Positions 28,201 to 36,516 of a stretch of DNA of 64,000 bases are shown here, one piece after another. Within the stretch, counting starts at the first letter, position 1, and every line of letters begins with the position of its first letter. This stretch comes from a virus. The notes beneath the pieces were generated by a model. The model was given only the letters and a program-made list of their open reading frames with translations, was not told the origin of the DNA and did no database searches. The stretch lies in the IMG/VR virus record IMGVR_UViG_3300042261_000588, positions 1 to 64,000 of that record; one strand, given 5' to 3'. A program made the translations under genes and the position numbers.

Positions 28201-28437
28201 AATAATGCAGCTAGAGCAGCCGTGGTCCCACAGTCCGTCGAACGAGCTATGAGTGTGGCTGGCGCAGGGACTGCGCCAAAAGAAGGGTCTGGATCAGGCG
28301 GGATGGAGATCAAGGGAGAGATGCTGGTCAAGTTCGACAATAAGGCATTTCGTGAAGTCATGGCACCTGTCGTTGTGAGGATTATGGGAGAGCCCGATGG
28401 CTCTAGAGTAATTCGTAGCACTGTATATGGGAATTGA
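22222..28437 (+). CDS. tail tape measure protein
   Basis: 2071 aa, Ala/Gly/Lys/Glu-rich helical protein with hydrophobic segments; canonical position. Confidence 0.85.
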   Translation: MPFNTEDLADKFGSSAEDIRKNLDGLIEKAEDADKAFESLTKRQEYAVKIQDKFATAMTASSKSMLSFGRSGNTAVRGLKAVGAISKTVASSLGSIGVGAGAAAGGFKALSSEASSFTSDLSRTEKSVAGFISSIGGLEKKLKGIKSASIPVEMVVGSLSALDDIEKRLKALSKNVKVKISTVSAGAASQPSPSVAPASAGVTQKAAKAAKAAADKQQALQQQRYALERELEKKSSYSNPGSDEIQTAKKKNQEIGKAAESAKYRQVSEFVKGMDDAAEAAFLLDKKIMGLDKAVEKLISNNQELGQEVVLAMDKAGEAVEELYSPLNQLREKGEMTVKSFKDLFKKDIAGGAVKELEDFAGGAGKSATGMTAAGLAVAYLTTKVGDLARKFADAAVGLAKYKTETAALERTIIGISKGGLDQMRKQLDLTRAEAAGFFEVVKKGANELGMTQDKIMEVAKALSDTFGGTQTERLKQYIDLLESIPTIESDLKVTANMDDQAAAIFALAEAGKMEVVMDLQGAGLLGGQKEKKPGADMANAAAKTARVTEEINDFLLNKLFPTFGQYLSEIVSGLTQVVAVAAATFSAFTALAFLTRAATVSNVTTRWEATKVLVTAIAASGGLGGGGKLPRLPGGGGFWKNMFGPLVKMSKPLLKLAKGLSVVSIATLAAEYGFGKLEDQLNKTGNSFGAAGASIGKSAASIAGFAATGFMIGAAFGGVLAPIGAVAGALIGLALEFDNLSESVPTLIERFTKGPRTPWGEAIARDTNENISAHQQSNKKLMKSGLELQRTFKKIEAAANSDKNKFYEMQKELAGLKIGNLKDIGGTAEGFNSAVQGMRDATRKQYEMQLVDFKKQRDEIMSNGKLDADARAAALQRLNKYELTATKNLVDGLNQAVEALFNTPGIIQAGLKKEMAGKMLDFADMGGMSGEEMKKLQKEQEKERRNQSKGVIEAATSSVVDIAAMFEVLKEKKKQAEDDISRTVEAAKGLRNNPSEEEKTAEDNLRSARNEREYVQKQYEASGGFVSGAQKKEAELAEIKAKNEYDRLRERRMLKVKIGGRLFRSQRDTKESKSALDENKTDLETTSSAIEAAQKTVTDNMGVNTALMAKELDEARKNALNRLKVAKDNERDAVKDGKGLKIDPAKKELEAAQGEVDEINEQMDELRKSLSAKISSMDKTLTQKEIARMVNIMTDSEVSLEDMNEELLRHADFWSKYEDGVKKNTEAMGQLDVLKEQKDLLQKERAQLEAVVSSENGINAAQETINNSVKRINDLTREEIEFQNSKLTVLDEEMRNAQRNADQYGRIAKEEGLVGDGIKAQSDAVKAQVALVREGVSHYEELAKSFEDGSKALEASLPDLVRTRKKAQEELNALPANASQEDRLSKQGALDVARARENDARSQISNQKRLAIEARQSALELEESLGKAGDGIKNALDSFNASLTGIRLKNFEDYAAVLANTAEYYGDVSEAATKSFEIVKATAEERYALERQAISEGLEADREKNIEKLSRYMGSEDVAGKSEEEKQALKEKKKADLEAATLSKYQLDLATVELNRMKEVVEGAKRSADLRSSEVDIQQGLVDDAASFASEFGGSFASIHALQQMNVGLAQQQLDIAKQFRDRVQETYEAAAGDAERQAAAGMALMKANADVATKTLSLRRKELGVQKDIMDRLLGRVFGELNANFGARRGMGSDVGIMGVKATRMKSAAGIYVNDVPGGKPGTIAERQAKRMTGGFTGGVWGEGVGTGGPLDELAKQGGPMAEVAKALSKGPTREQQDVLANAMSGTEANTAGILAAVTGRPLGGTGGGRAATATGAGGAVTATGGRAATAATGGSAVKTGGSAATAATGGSAVKTGGSAATAKTVNNQTSVAKGLNQATGSAASKFKGLSGNYNISKMAGLKTGIREMGGLKTGIREMGGLKTGIREMRGWKTGGLDTGGFRLRGTKASSLVPLRTRKATGGIQTQGGGSKGRSVSSVGLSTSSRNSELANNAARAAVVPQSVERAMSVAGAGTAPKEGSGSGGMEIKGEMLVKFDNKAFREVMAPVVVRIMGEPDGSRVIRSTVYGN
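27641..27813 (+). repeat. in-frame tandem repeats (TGGxAxxA), including a 48-bp duplication
   Basis: Repeated AACAGGGGGT(A/C)GTGC units. Confidence 0.85.
27921..28032 (+). repeat. 30-bp tandem repeat, ~3.7 copies (MGGLKTGIRE)
   Basis: GATGG(C/G)AGGATTGAAGACGGGAATCAGGGA repeated. Confidence 0.95.
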
Positions 28438-28440
28438 TAA

Positions 28441-30936
28441 ATGAGTAATCCAGTAGTTACATTTACAAATTCAATTAATGAGCCTTCTGACCCATCTACC
28501 GTCCGAAAGACGTATACGATGAAGTCGTTCGATAGTATCGATTTCTTCTTGTATAACGAAAATCAAAGTTCGGATAATTTTGATCCATCTGATATGGGGC
28601 AAGAATTTTATATATGGAGTCGTGTGGAAGATGAAATCGCTAAGCCAGCTTTCGTTACAACAGACAGTTGGAAAAGTATGAAGGCAGCACCTTCTGGGCT
28701 TATTACTCCAAATAATTCTGCTATGCCCAAACTCATAGGACCATCAACACTTTTAGTGGATAACGGGGTGAAATCCCCAAAGGGTGTGTTTGAGGCAATG
28801 ACGTGGAATGATGTTACGTCTGCATGGTATGATGGATTGAATTGGGTTCTGGACAAACTTAATTCGACTGTAATTGGAGCCGCATCTACGGAATGGTATA
28901 AGTATGGTCAAGTCGGATCACACTTTGGCTCTCAATATGTATTTATCAAGGCCAAGGATGATAGTCGTGGCGATAATACGATGGAGTTGTCATTAAAGTC
29001 TCCTGATAATCCAGTTACGGGAGATTGGGATAGCTCTCAGTTGGTGGTTGGTGGGGCATTTTCACTGATGTTGAATATTCTTGGAACTACTCCTGGAAAG
29101 GCACAGTCAAATGGAACAGATGGTATCAACCAGAATCAATGGAGTTTGGTTATCACATTTGGTCAAGTAACAATGACGATCACCAATGCAAGCACTATGA
29201 ATGTTCATATTGCAGGAGATGGGGATGGGAATGATACCTTAGTCAATCTGGCCGAAGGAGCGGCAAAGGAAGGTCCTCCTCAAATGGCTCACATTACGGA
29301 CAAGCCTCCTCTTCTCATCAATGTGTATCCGTGCTGGAACGGGATCATTGTCTCAAGTGGACAGCAGGATAGCCCTAATACGGTAAGATCGGCTGGAACA
29401 TTTTGTCGTAAGATCAAGTCTGCATCGATTCAAGTATCTCCTTATTCGACATGGTTCGACCCAACAAGTCCGAAGGATGTGGAAGTCAAGACGGATGGTG
29501 GAGCTACCGTTGTTGATTTTGGAACAACAATGAACGTTGTTGCCAAGAATTGTAGGTTCGAGATCGCATACTTACCGAGATTCTTTATCAAGTCTATGGC
29601 GTTAGATGGTTGGTTGTTACTTGGAACGGATACAACAGAGATTACATACGACTATCATGTTTATACGATTTATACGAAGAACGATGATAGTGATTGGGCT
29701 ATTGCACTTCCATCCCCTGTCAACTCTGGACATGCTGGAACGTTGGACGATATGTCGTATTTCTATATTCCATGGACGATGTCAACAGATTCTCAAACTC
29801 ATAAGCGTTATTCTGGAGAGTTGTTTGCATATATTCTTGAATCAAAAGAAACTAGGTCATATAGCATCAAGAATGGCAATGGCCATTTCGATATAACTTG
29901 GACTGGAGGTAGTCCTGGTGAGTCAGGAGCAACTGATTGGAAGAAGTTCATCAAGAGTGTTACGGTAACTATAGACAAGGATGGATCAAACGGGTCTATG
30001 GTTGTTGACAAGTATGGAGTTGCCGGACAGGAAGCTATTGCCAATCAGAGTATTGGGGCAGTCGTCCTGGAGGTTAATGGAGGAGTTGGTACGGTTGGTG
30101 GTAAGATTTTCTATGGATTGGGAATGGGAATCGCCAACTCCGAGTTATCCGGAGATTCGACATGGACAGTTCCTTTGATTGGACTAGAGAAGAAGCTTGA
30201 CGATATTGCGCTCATCAACGCTCCATTTATGGATGGCGAAACTCTTTCAACGGCAGTGGATTATCTTTGTCGTTATGCAGGCATCACATATAATATGGGA
30301 TCAGCAGATTCGGGAGTTGCTCTTTCAGCAACAGAAGAGGTCAATTCTGCACGGTTTGATTGGAAGTCTGGAACAACCGTTAAGACGGCTCTTGATGATG
30401 TTGTTGATGATGTGAAACATACCTATGTTGTCAGGGACGGCAAAATTTTCTTTTATGAGTTGGGGTTAGATGGTCTTCCGGTCTCATTGGGTCCAGATAG
30501 GTCTATTGGATACGATATGACGAATATGATGATGACCGACAAGACCCCAGACTTCGACAATCTAAGAAACTTTGTCGTGGCGATGGCTCTCCAGAATGTG
30601 CCTGAAGGTCAGGGAACGCAGACTAAAGCATCGACTTTTCCGATAATTGAGTCGAGGACTAAGCGTACAACCCCTGATATTCCTTGGGCGAAGTGTCTCG
30701 TAAAAGGATATCCTGGGGTATTGACTACTGATCAGTTATCTGCTATTGCTGACAACTTGGATAAGATCAGTTCCTCTTATGACTTAACAGGAAGGTTGTC
30801 AATTCCTGGCAATGCAGACATTAAGCCATTCGATAAATGGGGAACAGACTACATCATCAAGTCTGTGACTCATAATGTTGATTTAGAAGCAAAAACATGG
30901 ACGACGGATTTAGAATTCATGAGAAGGGGTGTATAA
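28441..30936 (+). CDS. putative baseplate hub / tail tip protein
   Basis: Follows the tape measure; C-terminal IPGNADIKPFD...YIIKSVTHNVD...WTTDLE hub-like motif. Confidence 0.6.
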   Translation: MSNPVVTFTNSINEPSDPSTVRKTYTMKSFDSIDFFLYNENQSSDNFDPSDMGQEFYIWSRVEDEIAKPAFVTTDSWKSMKAAPSGLITPNNSAMPKLIGPSTLLVDNGVKSPKGVFEAMTWNDVTSAWYDGLNWVLDKLNSTVIGAASTEWYKYGQVGSHFGSQYVFIKAKDDSRGDNTMELSLKSPDNPVTGDWDSSQLVVGGAFSLMLNILGTTPGKAQSNGTDGINQNQWSLVITFGQVTMTITNASTMNVHIAGDGDGNDTLVNLAEGAAKEGPPQMAHITDKPPLLINVYPCWNGIIVSSGQQDSPNTVRSAGTFCRKIKSASIQVSPYSTWFDPTSPKDVEVKTDGGATVVDFGTTMNVVAKNCRFEIAYLPRFFIKSMALDGWLLLGTDTTEITYDYHVYTIYTKNDDSDWAIALPSPVNSGHAGTLDDMSYFYIPWTMSTDSQTHKRYSGELFAYILESKETRSYSIKNGNGHFDITWTGGSPGESGATDWKKFIKSVTVTIDKDGSNGSMVVDKYGVAGQEAIANQSIGAVVLEVNGGVGTVGGKIFYGLGMGIANSELSGDSTWTVPLIGLEKKLDDIALINAPFMDGETLSTAVDYLCRYAGITYNMGSADSGVALSATEEVNSARFDWKSGTTVKTALDDVVDDVKHTYVVRDGKIFFYELGLDGLPVSLGPDRSIGYDMTNMMMTDKTPDFDNLRNFVVAMALQNVPEGQGTQTKASTFPIIESRTKRTTPDIPWAKCLVKGYPGVLTTDQLSAIADNLDKISSSYDLTGRLSIPGNADIKPFDKWGTDYIIKSVTHNVDLEAKTWTTDLEFMRRGV

Positions 30937-31139
30937 TGAAGAAGTCACTTCAGTGGTTCACTCGAAATTCTCAACAAGTAGTTATGGCAAAGGTTTCTTC
31001 TATTCCTACTATAGCAAGGACTGGACCGTCGAATAGAAATTCTTCTGTCGATGTCGTGACGAAGAAGCCGGGAGAAAATATATTCATTGTTGGTGAGTCT
31101 GAGGTTGGTGGAGAAGATCGTGTTGGAGGGAATCAATGA
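30936..31139 (+). CDS. small hypothetical baseplate-region protein
   Basis: TAATG overlap; FIVGESEVGG motif. Confidence 0.65.
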   Translation: MKKSLQWFTRNSQQVVMAKVSSIPTIARTGPSNRNSSVDVVTKKPGENIFIVGESEVGGEDRVGGNQ

Positions 31140-32035
31140 ATAAGAATCAGTATAAGCAACGAACGAAGCAATTTGGTATTCCAGTGCCGGGATGGAAAGA
31201 TGGCATCTGGCCAGAATTGGAGCTTCTGAAGTGGCAGATGGTCGAAAATATGCTCATGGCAGCGATGCGTGGTAATGTCAATGCCGTATTTAGGGAAGGC
31301 AATATCCAGATCAAGAAGGATAGTGATGGAACGTATTCCGTGTTGCTTACATCGACTGGCAATGAGCCGTCTGTTCAGGGAACGGTTGGAGGAGCTTACT
31401 TCGATCCGAGTCGGTCTATAATCTGGTCTGGATTAGAGGCTGGGAGTTCATACTATTTGTATGTCAAGGGTTCAGAGAATACATTTCAAGATGAAACGGC
31501 TGTCGTTCCTGTTTCATCCACAACTCGAATAACTATGAAATATGTGACATTGATAGCAAAAGCAGATTTGACTGGTGATAAGTATGAGATTGATAGGAAC
31601 CCTCCAGGAAAGCTGAATGCTCGTGATCTGGCACAACATGTCTTGGATTTCGATAATCCACATGGCGATAAATTGACTCAAGATGAGATTCTCGTCCGGA
31701 ATCATCTGGCAATCGGTGACGAGAATGATGCAGATATAGATATTGATGTGAATGGTAAGGAGTATCATTTCTCGGCATCCAGATTGGTTTCAGTTCTATC
31801 TACTAGATCAGAAGTGGTAGATTTCGCTTCTGGCGGACTGGCTGGAACGGTGATTTCTATTACTGGAAAAGTTTTGTTTGCAAATACTGTCAGAACTGGC
31901 AATGGAGGGACTGTAGGTGAGGTGTCTATTGGGTTTTACGGGATAGACCAGACAGTAGAATCTCCAAACCAAATCGTCGTCAGGAATGAAGGCGATATTG
32001 GAATTTCGATGAGAGCAATAATAATTTGTGAGTGA
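31136..32035 (+). CDS. hypothetical tail/baseplate protein
   Basis: ATGA overlap; HVLDFDNPH fibre-like motif. Confidence 0.7.
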   Translation: MNKNQYKQRTKQFGIPVPGWKDGIWPELELLKWQMVENMLMAAMRGNVNAVFREGNIQIKKDSDGTYSVLLTSTGNEPSVQGTVGGAYFDPSRSIIWSGLEAGSSYYLYVKGSENTFQDETAVVPVSSTTRITMKYVTLIAKADLTGDKYEIDRNPPGKLNARDLAQHVLDFDNPHGDKLTQDEILVRNHLAIGDENDADIDIDVNGKEYHFSASRLVSVLSTRSEVVDFASGGLAGTVISITGKVLFANTVRTGNGGTVGEVSIGFYGIDQTVESPNQIVVRNEGDIGISMRAIIICE

Positions 32036-32913
32036 TTATGTCTACATGGACAAAAGAAAAGAAAGAGTTGTTCTATCATATCGCTCGACAGGCGGAGATA
32101 GTAGTCGTCAAGGATAAAGATGTTGTTGCATTTGTATCCGAAGCTATTGGATTGACAGGCACTCAGGGTACGCAAGGACTCGAAATTTATAGAGGGAATC
32201 CGGATGAGACTGGGTCGCAGGGATATCTGATGTGGTCTGAAGACGATCCAGCGCCTATTTTACCTTCTGAGAGAGTGCTTTTGTGGGCTCGAATATCGGG
32301 TTCTGATTTGGTCTCCGGATTTAGATGGGTACCGTATACTATTTCATCTGACCCTGATGAAACAGCAGTTAAACCTCTTCGAGAGTGTTATTCCCCTCGG
32401 GTTACTTATGATAGAACTAGTAACATGCTGCACTTATGGTTCTGGACGAATGTGAGTTGGAATTATACCGGAACGGAATATAATGAGGCAAATATTGTTC
32501 CAATTGGATATAAGGATTATAATGGTCTAATCAATACGGCTGAAGATAAGATGACGTGTAAGAGAGTCTTGTGTTATGCAGTAGGCCAATTTGGACATTA
32601 CTGGATCAATGGAGGATTGTTGGAAGGCTATCAAGGAGCCTTGGGACTTCAGGGCGTTCAGCAAGCGCAATATGACATGATTCCCGTTTTCACTAGGCCG
32701 GTGATTATTACTAATTATCCTGTCACTGGATTGTCGGATGCTCCAGGATTAATAACGGATGGTTGGTATGATGCATTACAAGGGTTTCAAGGTGTGCAAG
32801 CGGATAATATCTCGATCAACAAGAATACTACCGACAAGCTACAGATATATGGCTGGGAAACTGGCTTACCGTTAGCAGCCAAATCAATCGCTCAAATCCT
32901 AATGGGGTTATAG
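32032..32913 (+). CDS. hypothetical tail protein with short G-x-Q motifs
   Basis: GTQGTQG, GYQGALGLQG, QGFQG. Confidence 0.7.
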   Translation: MIMSTWTKEKKELFYHIARQAEIVVVKDKDVVAFVSEAIGLTGTQGTQGLEIYRGNPDETGSQGYLMWSEDDPAPILPSERVLLWARISGSDLVSGFRWVPYTISSDPDETAVKPLRECYSPRVTYDRTSNMLHLWFWTNVSWNYTGTEYNEANIVPIGYKDYNGLINTAEDKMTCKRVLCYAVGQFGHYWINGGLLEGYQGALGLQGVQQAQYDMIPVFTRPVIITNYPVTGLSDAPGLITDGWYDALQGFQGVQADNISINKNTTDKLQIYGWETGLPLAAKSIAQILMGL

Positions 32914-32914
32914 A

Positions 32915-35821
32915 ATGGCATTTAAGCTAATAACCCGTGTAGTCAAAAGTGGGGTAGTCTCGCTTGAGTATCTGCCATTAGCCCCTCTTACTGCTGGTTC
33001 CGCACACCCGCATTTGATGCCTGCGGTTGGTCCGTTATTTAAACATGGACATACATCTGCCATTGACCCTGCCATTCTTGTTCCAGAGCAATATGTGGAA
33101 GACCACGTTCACGATCTCGCAGGGTTCAAAAAACATACTCATCAGGTTGTTTTTGGTGATCATGTTGCCCATTCGCACGATAGCTCAGCCACAACGCATA
33201 AACACGAAGTTAGGTATGAGAGTAAGATTTACAAGTATTCTGTAACCCATATCACTGGTACAGATGAGCCAGTAGTTACCGAAGATGTTGGTGCGTCCGC
33301 TGCGTTTTACGTGCCTAAAGCAGACGGTGCATTATCAGCCGACACAACTTCTGAAACCATTGATGTTGCGTTGCGTGAGTGTCGAGACTTTGCCAACCCT
33401 ACAGTTGCTGAAAGTGAGCTAGACGGCGAGCAAACTGTAGATGGGACTACAGGCCCCTCTACAGCCCCTATTTACGCTAGGTATGAGATAGGTGATGCAG
33501 AGGTTAGTGCTGTTGGCACAGGGGGGCAATCTACCTCTTCTGATATGCACAAAGGGGTTATTGGAGCCTCACCGACAGTCAAGGTAACTACTGATGGGGA
33601 AAATAATAAGCTAGTTCAAGTGGATAGTGAGGGTAAGGTTGCCAGGTATTATGTCACTGGAGCCTATGATCCTGGGATAAATGCTTTATATACCAGATAT
33701 CTCGATACTAATATGTATGATGACCCAACGCATTCAAAAAGTATTGTAGTCTACCCTCATGTTATTAACATTTCGACCATTGTTAATGAGGGAGCTGATA
33801 CAAGCTACCTAAATGTATACTACAAAACCAGTTTAGATGATGTAGCTGGTGGTTATTCAAATTATCAGCATAACGATATTTTGACCGTAACAAACTCCAC
33901 GATTAATCCTCCGTCTGTGAACCTTGCTGGCAATTATGTAGTTACTGATGGCCATCTTGTTGAGTATGATACTTGGGCAGAAGGCGAGCTAGAAACTAAA
34001 ATACAGTTCGAGGATGGTACTGGTTTCGTGCTATCTCAGTATGATTATGGCACTGAAACTTATATTCCAAAATTCAAAAAAGTAACTACTGAATTTTGGA
34101 ACGCTACTGGAGAATATGTCGGTGTGGCTCCTGTTACTGGTTCTGTTATTGTTACCAGCACACCTATCACTGGTAATGTAAAGGCCAAATATGAGACGCC
34201 ACCTACCATAAAATATTCACAAGTTCAAGCGTTTAATCCTCTTCCGCACGAACACGATTTAACTGCTACACCAACTTTCTCCGACTTAACGCACGATCAT
34301 ATAGGAACTGCTGACTACATACATTCACATGGTGCATCTGTGCCAACCCATACGCACGAGTTTACCACTACTGTAGTTACTGACCACACACATAATGTAG
34401 AGATAACAGACCATTCGCACGAGCCTGTCCTTGCGGGTATATGGGATCACATTGATGTTTTGAGCAATGTTACGTTTGTCCGGGAGGATGAATTATCGCC
34501 TTGGGTTCTGGATAGCGTGGATACGGTTTCAGTACCATATCCAAGACCTACTGTTGGAGCGGAGGTAGCCGATGTTGAGTGGCCAGTTGGCAAGGCCGAG
34601 GACGTTGTGCTAGTAGTTGAATCCAGCGCACCACTCATTACTGCGGTAAACTTGACTTCCGCATTAGCGGTAGGAACTGGGGCGAATAGGTTTGTTACAG
34701 GTATATATACCATACCTGATATTCCCTACGAGTCAGACGCTTATGTGGCTGGTAGCCCGGAAGTAGCTTGGCAGGCTGTGGATAAAACTGTAGCTGCGAC
34801 GCATATTGGGGTTATTGGCGCAGTAGCAGGAACCGACGAGCAAAAGTCATTGGTAAGTCCGTATGACGAATTACACCAATTTTTGGCTAGAGAAGATGAT
34901 GGGGTTCTAGTCAGGGTTAAGTGTGGTAAATTGCCGTCTGGAGTAGCACATAGCCATACATACACAAACATAATCTACAATCTGCCTGATCATGGCCACG
35001 CCCTACGAGTTCATGGGCATACTGTAGAAGATTGGTATCTGCCATATAACCATACGCACGAACTGATATATGGTTATCCGCATACACATCCTGACTTAAC
35101 GGGTTTTGATACCTCAACACATACACACGGCAAAATTAGCTGTGATGATGGGAAACATACCCATGATGTTAATTTTAAGTTCTTAACAGCATGGCCTTAT
35201 GCAAGCGGGATTAAAAATGTGGTTGGTGACACATTTAATCTAATATGGTCAACCCACAATGTTTTATGCCCAGACCTGGCAAGCACTGATTTAACTGTTG
35301 AAACTGGTGTTGCCATAGTAGAAGAGGCGGACAGGTTTATTGGGCACGTTATAGTGAGTGGAACTATCAACCCTGATATGACAGGTAGTTACCAGACACA
35401 AGGTGACTCGTTACAGTATTGGCACGATGGATATTTAACTCCCCCAACTGCGTATTATATGCTAGTTGGTGTACCTGACGTTAGGTGGGGGCTACTATCT
35501 CCGCCTGATAGGGTTTTTGAAAAAGCATGGGATGCCGGCAATCCAGTTGGCACATACACTCCAACTGAAGGGACGGGAACTCCAGTTGTTAGTCTATACG
35601 ACGGTATGTCCATTGTCAGCGTATCTAACTCTAACGTGGCGTCTATTAACCCGTATTTTGCTACAGCTACATTAAGCGGGTACACAACAGTATCCGACGA
35701 TCCATTGTACTCTGGTTCTGCTGACCCGCACCCAGTTGAAGCCATAATGTATGCAGAAGGCGGGGCTGTGTCAGTAACTATGTCCGGGGTAGTTGCTGAT
35801 AAAATGCATTCAGGGATTTAG
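32915..35821 (+). CDS. His-rich tail fibre-like protein
   Basis: Three clusters of HxH motifs typical of metal-coordinated trimeric fibres. Confidence 0.7.
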   Translation: MAFKLITRVVKSGVVSLEYLPLAPLTAGSAHPHLMPAVGPLFKHGHTSAIDPAILVPEQYVEDHVHDLAGFKKHTHQVVFGDHVAHSHDSSATTHKHEVRYESKIYKYSVTHITGTDEPVVTEDVGASAAFYVPKADGALSADTTSETIDVALRECRDFANPTVAESELDGEQTVDGTTGPSTAPIYARYEIGDAEVSAVGTGGQSTSSDMHKGVIGASPTVKVTTDGENNKLVQVDSEGKVARYYVTGAYDPGINALYTRYLDTNMYDDPTHSKSIVVYPHVINISTIVNEGADTSYLNVYYKTSLDDVAGGYSNYQHNDILTVTNSTINPPSVNLAGNYVVTDGHLVEYDTWAEGELETKIQFEDGTGFVLSQYDYGTETYIPKFKKVTTEFWNATGEYVGVAPVTGSVIVTSTPITGNVKAKYETPPTIKYSQVQAFNPLPHEHDLTATPTFSDLTHDHIGTADYIHSHGASVPTHTHEFTTTVVTDHTHNVEITDHSHEPVLAGIWDHIDVLSNVTFVREDELSPWVLDSVDTVSVPYPRPTVGAEVADVEWPVGKAEDVVLVVESSAPLITAVNLTSALAVGTGANRFVTGIYTIPDIPYESDAYVAGSPEVAWQAVDKTVAATHIGVIGAVAGTDEQKSLVSPYDELHQFLAREDDGVLVRVKCGKLPSGVAHSHTYTNIIYNLPDHGHALRVHGHTVEDWYLPYNHTHELIYGYPHTHPDLTGFDTSTHTHGKISCDDGKHTHDVNFKFLTAWPYASGIKNVVGDTFNLIWSTHNVLCPDLASTDLTVETGVAIVEEADRFIGHVIVSGTINPDMTGSYQTQGDSLQYWHDGYLTPPTAYYMLVGVPDVRWGLLSPPDRVFEKAWDAGNPVGTYTPTEGTGTPVVSLYDGMSIVSVSNSNVASINPYFATATLSGYTTVSDDPLYSGSADPHPVEAIMYAEGGAVSVTMSGVVADKMHSGI

Positions 35822-35969
35822 TTTACTATGAAATGAGTTTTGGAGTTCGACGTGTATAATTGTTTAAAGCATGGTGAGTGTTCATTGAAGTTGAAAGTTC
35901 GGGATATGAGTATTTGTTCTTGTAGTGATTACAAAGAAGTGGTGAAGTCTTTAAGCGTGAGGATTATTT

Positions 35970-36461
35970 ATGCCAATTGTGCTTTATGATGCGAGTCAGT
36001 TACATCCGGACGACCTGAATGGGATACTGGAGTCCGAGACGCAGTTATGCGGTATTGTGAACAATTATCCCGTAAGGAGATCAGCCGTGCCTTTTGAACC
36101 GATGGACATTTATGCAAATGACGACAGGACACTCAGAGTCTATGTCAAGACACCCGATCTGAATATCGTGAATCTGACCGGGGCACAGGGGCTTCTAACC
36201 GTCAAAACGGACAAGGATGCCACATCTGCAGTCATCACTAAAACGACCGCTTCCGAAACACAAGGAGAGATTGGATCAGCAGATCAGGGAGAGATGTTTT
36301 TCTATCTCGTGCCTACTGATACGGCATCGTTACCCATTCGCCAATATGTCTATGATGTTAAGGTGACATTATCTACTGGTAAAAAATATACCGTATTGGA
36401 GGGTGTCATCAACTTGATCGCTCCAGTCGGATTACATGGTGTCATCAATGAAGCCGGATAA
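35970..36461 (+). CDS. BppU N-terminal-like baseplate/structural protein
   Basis: IVNLTGA...LVPTDTASL...YVYDVKV...YTVLEG motif. Confidence 0.65.
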   Translation: MPIVLYDASQLHPDDLNGILESETQLCGIVNNYPVRRSAVPFEPMDIYANDDRTLRVYVKTPDLNIVNLTGAQGLLTVKTDKDATSAVITKTTASETQGEIGSADQGEMFFYLVPTDTASLPIRQYVYDVKVTLSTGKKYTVLEGVINLIAPVGLHGVINEAG

Positions 36462-36463
36462 TC

Positions 36464-36493
36464 CTGCAAGCTCGGATCAATTCTGAGTATAAT
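36464..36493 (+). promoter_or_regulatory. sigma70-type promoter of the replication module
   Basis: CTGCAA-18 nt-TATAAT before RBS AGGAGG. Confidence 0.5.
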
Positions 36494-36516
36494 AGGGGAG
36501 CAGCGCAGGAGGTCTT

